DNA from: Lophium mytilinum
Taxonomy: Eukaryota
Length of the DNA: 64,000 bases
Direction of reading: 5' to 3'
Assembly: GCA_010093605.1 (NCBI GenBank)
Contig: MU004191.1
Location: forward strand, 666,816 to 730,815
Numbering within the stretch: the stretch's first letter is position 1; the number at the start of each line of letters is the position of its first letter. The position numbers and the translations under genes were made by a program. Positions 36,940 to 46,877 of this stretch are shown one piece after another. Under the pieces are notes generated by a model, which was not told the origin of the DNA, did no database searches, and worked only from the letters and a program-made list of their open reading frames with translations.

Positions 36940-39900
36940 ATGCCTCGCTACCGCTGCGTCAATGCGAACGTCCAACTCTGCGCCACCAGTCTCGTGGCTT
37001 CCACCACACCGCGACCGACAACACGAAAGGGCCCGGAATCAAATCGATTTGCGGATAACGCGGAGAAAGTGCTGCGCGAAGGGCGGATACTTGCGGAGAC
37101 CAAGGTCGGCGTTCCGCTGGACAATGGAGAAGATGGTGGACTCGTCCACTTCCTCGGGAAATATGGCAACATGCCATTCCTCATGGTACATGCCGGCGCT
37201 GGGCTATTCAAGGATGGACTTAGTCAAGAGATTCACGCCACACGGGCCTCAGAGCGGCGTTCAAGCAACGGCGTGAAGATGGTATCGGCGTCGCCAGCTT
37301 CACGCGACGGGGACAGCAAAGGAGAGAAAGCTAAGGACGGGCTGCAGGACGATGTTGATCCTGTGTCAATCACGACGCGCAGCAAACCATCAATTAACAG
37401 CGTTCCCACAGCTTCCTCCGACGCCGATCTAGCTCCACAAGCATTATGTCTCCAGGTCTACCTCTCCCCTGATACTTTTCTCCTCGACCCAATGGCATCT
37501 GCTAAAGAAACAAACCGCGATATCAAGATCGACGTCTTTTTCAATGGCGTATTCGCCAATTCTGGATTCATCCCTGGCCGAGACCGTTACATCTACAACC
37601 GCGGAACCAGTGCTCTCTTTTCAGGCGAGCGGTTCCACCTCTTGATGGAGCGACCCTGGATAATAGTCCCGCCTGGGCAAGAAGCTGATGGCTCGCTGCG
37701 AGGAACTATCAAGAAGTCAAAGGCCTTGAGCTGTATCACGGCGGAGGAGCGCTGGAACCAGATTGGGGCAGCGTTGTTGGCCGAGGCTGATATTCTGGGA
37801 TACGACAAGCGCGGCGACAGACCTCCGTCGGGTAATTTTCTGGAGAGCTTGGCGAATATGAAGATGCCAGGTGCGGTGGATGCTATGCAAAAACCCGCTG
37901 GGCCAAAGTTTGGCGTGATTGATGTATGTGGTCTCTCTCCACTAAATACTTGCTATGTAAGAGTTTCTAGGCTAATGCTTTTTTAGGTCATCATTTCGGT
38001 TGGACAAGGAAACAAGCATTCGCACACTGCTCCTTATATCAAAGAACCCACCCGGCCCAAAGACGACAACTTCAAGCCTCTGTCTGAAGTGCGGGAGACT
38101 GAGATAAAGGCTAAGCAGAATGTGGTGAACGAGACTGTACTAGATCCCATTCAGTCAGTTCCCCAACCAGATCTAACATTGGAGGAGGCCCAGCGTACGC
38201 AAATCTTACCCTCCAATCCCATTGTGCAACCCCCCGGTCCTCATCCAGATGAGAAAGCTTCACCACCATCGTTCCTGCGGGGATTTCTGCCCTCTTCATC
38301 ATTCAGTGACTACAACCCCAGTCCTGATGATGGCCGCCATAAGAGAGGACAAATGCGAATGGGGACATCTGGAAATAAAGGAACGGTTATCTCCCAGTCG
38401 GCTGGAGGCCCTGAATCTGCCAGAGCTCCCTCAGATCGTCGCTCTTCTCTCCCGAATCCACCACTCAATATGTCGCTTAGGTCCGGACGGAACAGTTTAG
38501 AGCCGATAGGAAGTTCTACTAACCTCATGCTCCCTCCTTTGGCTCCCGCCTCCTCTTTTGCCTCAAGCAGCCCGAACAAGCGAAGGCGTAGCTCGCTTCC
38601 TACACCGGATGGCGGAAGAAACAAACGACAGCGAGTTTCGGAGAGAATCAACATAGCTAGACCTACGGTAGAGCCACTCACTCCACTACCAGACCCAGCT
38701 ACACCCCCTTCTTCGTTGGGAATTTCTCGACGTGGCGTCTTCACTGGGGTCGGAAGTCCTACCGCAATTCCGGAGTTGACGTTACCATCGACAGCGGGGT
38801 CTGATCAAAAAGATGGGAATATTGTAATTGAGAATGATCCTTTCGAGCCGCGGATTCAATTGCCATCATCGTTCACCAACCGCTTTTCAACCCCTTCTGG
38901 ACTGCCCCTTGGCCTCTCGGGAATGCCTCTAACAAAACTGGGCGCACATACTTTCGCTCCTCGAACAAGTGTCGTCGTCCACCGCGTTGTCATCAAAGCA
39001 GGCCAGAGGACTGTAGTAGACAAATTCCTGACGACGGGATATCGTCTTCCATTGCATATGCCGAACTCGTCTCCGCCCAAACCGCCTCCGCCACCTCGTC
39101 GATCTACCCGAATCCAGAGATCGGAGACTCCAGGCTCCGGTGCTTACATGGAACCCTCGGGGAATCGTAGCCGTGCTCCACGAGGCTCAAACAACGATCC
39201 GGGAACCCCTCCTCCATCGTCTTCCCCGTTGAAAAACGCGAAAGGTCGATATTCCAAACCCCGTAAACCTGTCACCGGAGTGGTGCCGACGCCCACGCAC
39301 TTGCTGGCGCAAATTCGAGCAAGACAGAACTCTGATATCCCGCCGACTGAGTCCGCGAAGATGGACCAAGTGGTTAGGAATGTGGCGCAGCAGACGAGCC
39401 AGAATGGGTGGGGTTTAGCAGGGGCAGCTCCGCAGAGCAGTGGCTTTTCACGATATCAGACACCTCAAGGATATGGATCTACCCCGCAGCAGACAGGTCA
39501 GAACATCTTGGGAATGATGGCGCCATATGCCCAAAGCAGCGGCGGTCCAGCACTTGAAGTCCATCCAGGACGAGGGGCTACGCCGCAGCAGATGCACTCG
39601 CACGCATGGGGTTCAACGGGGCCTCATGGCCGGAACAGTAGCGATCTACCGCAACAGATTTATCAGGGACTAAGAACTTCACGACAGGGGCTAGGAGCTC
39701 CATCACATCCGAGATCAGGAGCTTCATCACATCAGGGACGAGGAGCTTCACTACAGCAGTTCGGCTCGAGCGGTGCCGACTCTGTTGATACGTCAGACCA
39801 ATTGATGACGGAAGATTCAGCGCGTCAATGGCTTGAGTCAGAGAAGCCGTCGAGACGCGACAGTGCGTTGGAAGCAGCGGGGGTAGAGAACTTACTCAAG

Positions 39901-41403
39901 CTAGCTGCACAGTCAAAGACACAGAGAGCCTTGACTCCGAATACATCGGCCTCTGGAAACCGTTCTCAGTTGCCACGCCAATTGGACGGCTCCTCTGAGG
40001 AACCGATGCTCGGAGATCTTCCTGCTGGACAGAACCCGTTGCCTCGGGTACCTATGCGAGATGGAGCAGCAAAAGTGGATCCTCTCAAGCAATCTTTAGG
40101 TTTAGAGGAGCAGAGAGGTTCCACACAGTACTTTGGTCCTCCATGGCAATTGGACGGCTCCAGTGAAGATCTCCAACGATTTCCCGAGTTGTCCAACCTG
40201 GAGGTGCCTGGAGTATCCGCGGTCGAAATCGCTGCAGCCCGAGATCTACGCAAGCGTGATGCGGAAGCAAAGATGCATAGAGACACAATTGAGGGGAATG
40301 GGATGCAAGCCTTCGTACAACCGTCTGGTTTTCAACGACGATTGGATGGGCCCGATGACGGTGATTTCTTCCAACAATTGAACCAGGCAGCAGGGCTTCC
40401 ATTGCAGGAATCTGGTCAGCAATGGGGTACCCTCATACCACGATTGCCTCCACCTTTTGATCCTCGTTTCGAGCAGGAATCAAACCAAGCGATGCGCACT
40501 TCTCTCCAACAACCCAACCAAGGAGGGAGTGGTTTTCTGCAACAATCAGGTCTGTCTGTTGATATGCGTGTCATGCAACCCGCAAACCAGACGTTACAGC
40601 AACCCAATCAGAGACAAAAAATATCGCCCAGGCAGGTAAGTGGCAGTACCAGGGTTACTCCTCAACCAAATGTCCCAAGTCTGGAACACGGGAATGTGCA
40701 GACCGAAGCTAGGGCTGGTGGGATGCGCCGAATGAGGAATTCTCATGCCCAAGACACCATCCAAGTCAAACCCAGGATCAGCAGCGCTCCAGATCCAATG
40801 GTCGATGGCCCAACGCTTCTTCCTAGCCCAGTGATCAAGACGCCAAGTTCAGTACCTAGCCGTTTGATTCAGAAAGCCCGCGAATCGCTTGGCAGTGACG
40901 ACTCCCCACTGTCGTCAGGTCCATCGGATGTCTCAACGCCGAGGGACATGCAATTCACCCCTACTAGACAGTTGAACGGGAGGGAGAATCAGAAAGAGAG
41001 TGTGAGTACTGGTGCCAATCTACCTAAGCTGCAAATACAGCCGCACTCGCCGCTCTCATCAGCTCCATCGAACCCCACGACACCCCAGGACATGGGCTTT
41101 GAAATTGCCGCACCTGTGACAGGGACGGAAGAGGAGGTAGAAAATGAAAATACCGAGAATTTCAGACCGCTAACACCTCAGGCACAGGCCTCGACTCCGG
41201 GAAACAGCGTTCAATCCATCACTGACCACGCGCCTTTTGACCCAGCGTTGCTGAGCGAGGACTGCGTTATCACTTATGCCAAAAAGGGTCCGTGGACCGT
41301 ACCGCCGACGGCTGGAGAGGCAGTCAGACAGGTGAGAGGTGCGAAAGGCGGAGTCTTTCGGGAGGAGGAGGTTGTGTTTGGGGTGAGGTTTCTTTTAGGT
41401 TGA
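36940..41403 (+). CDS. Large hypothetical protein with globular N- and C-terminal segments flanking a long disordered region
   Basis: ORFs 36754-37986 and 38089-41403 join via a GTATGT..CTAAT..TAG intron (~37924-37986); DIKIDVFFNG and C-terminal EDCVITYA...FREEEVVFGVRFL segments. The start codon is uncertain. Confidence 0.75.
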
Positions 41404-41901
41404 GTTAGTAGGGGAGTTCTTGAAGCGGGATGAAATCAAGGCGGAGAGAGTGATCTTGCGGCGGATGAGACTATGACGGTGCAATCATGGAGAGGGTCGA
41501 ATAATCTGAGATGAGATTGTTCGTAATTGTAACAGTATTTGTAGCCCTAGGGCAGCATGATTTTATTGCAAAAGCAGAGGCAGACAATAACAGCTCCATC
41601 CGAGTTCTCTACGTGACTCTACTCAGTAGCATCTCACCGACTCTTTCCTTTAGAGTGTTACAGACGGTTTGCAGCGACGAATAGATGCACCTATCCGTGG
41701 AAAACAGGCCACATGATTCTTAGTATCCGTTTCACCGCATCGGATGCGGACGAGAAATCTGATTGGCCTTGCTACGATCCGACTATAAATCCACCACCAT
41801 TTGCTCTATTGACCGTCAAACTAACTCTCATCTCTCCCGTGACCAGGCGTCAGACAACCGAGGCCTCCCGTGTTTCCACACTCGGCCCGCTACGCACAAA
41901 C

Positions 41902-43296
41902 ATGGAGTCTCTCCTGCCCAAGCGCCGAAGAATGACTTCCAGTGGAGCAGCTGCAGCTACCCCAGCTCGTGCAGATCAAACTAGCACCCCACCTCAGCCT
42001 TCTCAGGCCAGCCTTCAACCTCATACATACACCAGCGTAGGCAGCAACAATCATTCTTATCCTTCTTTTATACCAAGCTTAATCACTACGCCGCTTCCTG
42101 GCTTCGAGAAGAGAAAGATGGAGGTCGCAACTCCCCTCGCCAGTCAGAATTCCACCCACGCCCCGCCGTCGACGGATCAGACACGCTCCCTCCCAGGCGC
42201 TCCAAGCGTTCTACAGAACCTCCTCAGCATCGACGAGTTCGAGAAACAACATGAAGCTGCCGTTGCCGCCGCTAAAGCCCAGGCTCAATCCACTCCAACA
42301 CCCCAGCCCATCCCCATATCCACCCGCTCGTCAGCCAACACCCAACTCTTCGTCCAACGCTGCCAGGCCCTCGCCATCCCCCAACCCATCTTCTCGTTCA
42401 ACGGCGACGCCTCCCTGCCCTCCTGGAACTGCACCCTAACCCTCCACGCCGCCGGCTCCCCCCACTCCCTTACTACCACCAGCCCCTTCACCTCGAAGAA
42501 AGAAGCCAAAGAAGCCGCCTCCACCCTCGGCCTCGCCCTCCTCTCCTCCCTCGAAGCCTCGGGCACCCTCTCCACCCCGAGCAAAACCAAAAAACGCACC
42601 CCGACCCCAACTCCCATAACCATTACCCCCGAGGAACCCCAAGAAAACTTCACCGGCATCCTCATGGAATTCTGCCAAGCCTCCAAAATCCCCGTCCCGA
42701 CCTTCGCCGAATTCAAAACCGGCACGTGCTTCTCCGCCGAGCTATCGCTGGCCTCGCACCGCCCGGAGGACGGCCCCTTCGGCGGCCGCGCTGTGCTCCA
42801 CCCCTCCAAGAAAGCGGCTCGTGCGGCTGCGGCGAGGGAGGCGGTGCTCTGGCTGCGCGCGCAGGGACAGCTGCCCGCTGTGCACGAGCCCGCGTCCGCG
42901 AAGAAGCAGCGGAAGACGGCAGGGGGTTCCGAGGACGCCGCGGTGCAGCTCCCCGCTCACCCCGCGGCGGCGCGGGTGCTGGCGCTGGCGAGCGAGCTGG
43001 GGCTGCCGCAGCCGGAGTATCAGTGGGCGGCGCCGAGTGCGCTGGCGCCGGGGCTGTTTACGGTGAGTAGTTTGTTCCCTGGGAGTGGGGTCGGGGGGGA
43101 GGATGGGGTGGTGGCGACGGCGAGGCATGTATTTGGGAAGAAGGCGGCGAGGGAGGAGTGTGCGCGGTTGACGGTGGTGGAGTTGGAGGGGGTGTTGGAG
43201 AGGAGGAGGGGGGTGTTGGGGAAGGTGTTGGGGAATGAGGAGGGGAAGAGGGAGGTGGAGATGGGGGAGGGGGATGAGGAGTATCATTCTTGTTAG
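41902..43296 (+). CDS. Protein with three dsRNA-binding-motif (dsRBD)-like repeats
   Basis: Three helix-PxF/Y-beta-KKxA-helix units: LFVQRCQALAIPQPIF...SKKEAKEAAS; ILMEFCQASKIPVPTF...SKKAARAAAA; VLALASELGLPQPEY...GKKAAREECA. Confidence 0.75.
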   Translation: MESLLPKRRRMTSSGAAAATPARADQTSTPPQPSQASLQPHTYTSVGSNNHSYPSFIPSLITTPLPGFEKRKMEVATPLASQNSTHAPPSTDQTRSLPGAPSVLQNLLSIDEFEKQHEAAVAAAKAQAQSTPTPQPIPISTRSSANTQLFVQRCQALAIPQPIFSFNGDASLPSWNCTLTLHAAGSPHSLTTTSPFTSKKEAKEAASTLGLALLSSLEASGTLSTPSKTKKRTPTPTPITITPEEPQENFTGILMEFCQASKIPVPTFAEFKTGTCFSAELSLASHRPEDGPFGGRAVLHPSKKAARAAAAREAVLWLRAQGQLPAVHEPASAKKQRKTAGGSEDAAVQLPAHPAAARVLALASELGLPQPEYQWAAPSALAPGLFTVSSLFPGSGVGGEDGVVATARHVFGKKAAREECARLTVVELEGVLERRRGVLGKVLGNEEGKREVEMGEGDEEYHSC

Positions 43297-43621
43297 GAGT
43301 GTGGAGAGACATGTGATGGGAACTTGTTTGTAGTTGCTTGATTTGGGTCACGGTAGGGGAAGCATAGCGGAAGCACAGCGAGCAGCGAGCATGATCACTT
43401 CCGCTGATCTTCGCATGAGAGGGTGGTATCAGGAAAATTTGATGAAACATAGAGGTCTGAACGAGCGGTGCCTCGAGTATTACGGGTATTACGGCCGGTA
43501 ACGTCGTAGCTATCTCAACCAGATAGCTCCCTCAAAACACCCTCTAAACAATCATTTCCCCCATTACCCCTTTTCCCCCCCCTTCCTCATCCCCAACCCA
43601 TCTCACAGTAAAACCACACCC

Positions 43622-46062
43622 TCAATACCCCCCCATCCCCACATGATGCCCACGCCCCCCAAACACCCCTTCCTGCCCCTGCCCCTGACCAGCCTCCTCC
43701 TCCTTAACCCTCCCCTCATCCTCCGCAAACGGACTCTGCAGCTTCCACAACCCCACTCCCTCCCCAGCCTCATGCCCCCCCGCCGCCTGCAACCCCTGCG
43801 ACTCCAGCTCCAGCTCCCGCGCCTGCGCCGCCGGGTGGCTCTCCAACCGCTCCATCAGCTCCTGGTAGCTGCCCCACGGCCGCCCAAACGCGCTCTCCAC
43901 CGTAAACAGGTTCGCGCCCGCATCGCCCTGCCCATGCCCGCCGCTCTCATCGAAGCCCCCGAGCTGCTGCTGCTGCGGCGGGGGGTCATGGAATCCGTTA
44001 CCAGGGATATCGAGATCGTGGTAATTCGGCAAGTCGATCGCGGGCTCGAGGTGGATGCTGATGCTCCCGCCTGTGAAATCGAGGTCGTTGTGCGACATTC
44101 CTCCCACGCCGCCGCCGCCGACGACGCTGAAGTGCTGCGAGGCGGCGTGGTCGGGCTGGAGGTCGATGCTCGAGTCGTAGGAGTGGGTTAAGCTTGGGAG
44201 ACCTTGGGAGGGTTCGGGGTACGAGGCCGGGGCGAAGGCGCCTTGGAGGGCCATGGTGGAGAGGGTGTCGAGGTCGAAGGGGTGGTGGTGGTGCTGCGAG
44301 GTCGTGTCGTTCAGGGTTAGATGGTCGTAGATAGGTTGATGCTGCTGATGTTGATGGGGCGGGAGATCGAACGAGAGAGCTGGATATGCAGTCGGGGGGT
44401 GCTGGGATACGGGATAGATCTCATCCACCTCGACAGGCATCGCGGGTTCCGGCGCTCGCTGGACTGGGAGGACCTGCTGTAGTGCTTGCTGCTGCTGTTG
44501 CTGCTGCCGCTGGTACACCACACTCCGCCACACGGCTCTCCCCTCGTCGCGGCCGCTGGTCTGCGAGAAGCGCCAGAAGATCGCAGCAACCCGCACGGGT
44601 TTCTCGCCGCCCTTCGGCACCGCGAAGATCTCTTGCGTGGCGGTTAGCCGCCCCAAACTCGTGCGGACCTGCTGCTCCATCTTCGCGCGCTCCTCTGGGT
44701 CGTGGTGCGCTTGTGCGCGGCGGAAGAGCATGTTGAGGTTGTGGATTTTCTGGGCCCAGAATTTGCTGCAGAACGGGACGGTGTAGTGGGACGGGAGGCT
44801 GCTGTTGTAGCCGAGCTCTGCGTCCGGCTCGTGCGCGTTGATTTGCGTAGCTGAGCTAGGACGGGTGGCGGAATCGGCGTTGAAGAGGCTGGTGCGCGCG
44901 GAGAAGGAGTCGAAGTTGGTGTGGTAGGCTTCGCCCTTCAGCTCGAGCTGGATGGCGAGCTCGGCGTCTTTGGGGAGAGTGTCGGTCATGACTGAGATGG
45001 AGGCGTCGCAGACGATGATGTCGCAGTCCTGGAAATTGTCGATGGGGACGTGGGAAAGGGATGGGTAGAGGGTGCGCCATTGGCGGTTGTTGTGGACGTA
45101 GACGTCTGAGAGTTTGGGGGAAATGTCTTTGGGGAACTTGGTGAAGGTGTAGATGTGCTTCGGTGGATCTTCTTGGGTGTCTCGGACGTACATCTCGAAG
45201 TCGAAGGGAGTGAAGTAGCGGTTGGAGGTGGTCATTCGGAAGTCTGGCTGGAAGGTGTATTGGGTTGAAGGCTGACGATGCCGAGCTGAACTTGCAGCAT
45301 GGCGACTACGGGCAGTGCTTCCATCACCAGCCGCAGGACGGTGACGATAGCTGAGGTCTTCTTTGGACATGTATTTCAGTACTAGAGGACGTTAGTAGAG
45401 CAGTAGCTTAATGAAAGGGTGGTCTTACCTTGTGGTGCATCTTTGAGCTTATCTTTCAACACTTGAATGTGACTGGAAACTTGTTTCCTCGTCCGTGCTT
45501 CGCCGGTATCTTTCTCTATCGAGGCTGCCACAAGTTCGTTTCGTCCTCGAAGTTTGCCATCTAGCGTCAGCTTACGCCGACCCATGGGCTCATATTTGAC
45601 AAGTCCTGTAACGCTTGTCAAGACGGCTCTATCAGTAGCACTAATGACAATAAGTATTCAATCCAAGACTACAAACGAACCTCTGAAGAAGGCATACTCC
45701 ATATGCTCCGGCCACTTCACGAGATCTCGCGTATCCTTGGATGGCTTGTCTCGATACTTGCAATACGCTCCACAGCGCTGCAGCTGTCGCCATACTTTCT
45801 GAGTCTCACTGTTTATCTGCTCCTCAGACTTGCAGTCGGGGTGCGAGGTGATGCCGCCGTGATGCGAGCCAACGTACGTCGAGATGCCGTTACGGTACAA
45901 ATTCTCGACTGGAGACGTTGGAAGATACTTCCTCTCTGGGATGTCTGAGTCAAGGTATTCATGCTGCCGGTTGCCACATCGTTCCTGCAAAACTCGACTA
46001 GAAAAGCTGTCAAACGCTGGGGCATTCGATGGCAGCACGCACGAATGACGACGCAGCTCCAT
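43622..46062 (-). CDS. abaA: TEA/ATTS-domain transcription factor, AbaA-like conidiation regulator
   Basis: [24 protein letters not shown]...GRNELVA...[17 protein letters not shown] domain; two introns (~45607-45680, ~45381-45428); Gln/His-rich C-terminus. Confidence 0.8.
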
Positions 46063-46069
46063 GAGGTAG

Positions 46070-46527
46070 GGAATGCGATGCTAAGAATGAGCGGCTGAGG
46101 TAAGAATGTCTGAAAGCTGTTGAAGTGAACACGGTGGGCGAGTCAAATGTTGAAGGAACGTAGAGAGTTGGGCTAAGGAATGACTTGATGAAGCATAGAA
46201 GAAATGTAGGCGGGGGAGAGGGAATGCACGAGAGCACCACGTCTTGTTTATAATGAGTTCTAGACACCCAGTCAGGAGAGAAGGTGTTGCCTAACCATTG
46301 CGGTTAAGGTTACCATTGAGACGGTCGACACCAGGCTACATAATCTTGCGTCTACACGACTCTTTAATTACTACACTCATCCTCCCTATGATGGAATGCC
46401 AGGCTGCCCTCTATTAAGCACAACTAGCAAGGGCTAAAAGAGTTGCCGTCTTCTCAACCCATCTCTCATTGGCTTTCTTCCGAGGAGACCGCACGTTGGT
46501 GGGCCAGGGATGGGTGGCGGAAGAATG
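46070..46527 (-). promoter_or_regulatory. Cluster of seven CATTCY (AbaA/TEA response) elements upstream of abaA
   Basis: RGAATG on the + strand at 46070, 46084, 46103, 46177, 46221, 46393 and 46522; TATAAA-like element on the minus strand near 46250. Confidence 0.55.
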
Positions 46528-46877
46528 CTTTTGCAGCGGTCAGGAATTCTGGCGAATGTAAACAAGCTACAGGTTACAAGCGTCAATGTGTATCTGACTG
46601 ATGTCTCGCGCGGTCGAGACATATTCAGCAAGGCGGCGAGACGCGCAAAACCGGGCGTGTGCCTGATAAGCTACCGGTCACGAGCAAGCCACTTGAAGAA
46701 GGGCTAAATTATGAGATCGTGCTGGCCGCGTAACTCGTATACCGATATTTGACAGGGAGGGGTACTGTTGGGCCTGGTTATAGTCCGCGTCGTGAACAAG
46801 TGGGGGATGCAAGGAGGACTCCAGGGCGCAACTTGATGGTGTCGCGCTGCAAATTATACTGTACACCCTTGCTACAT

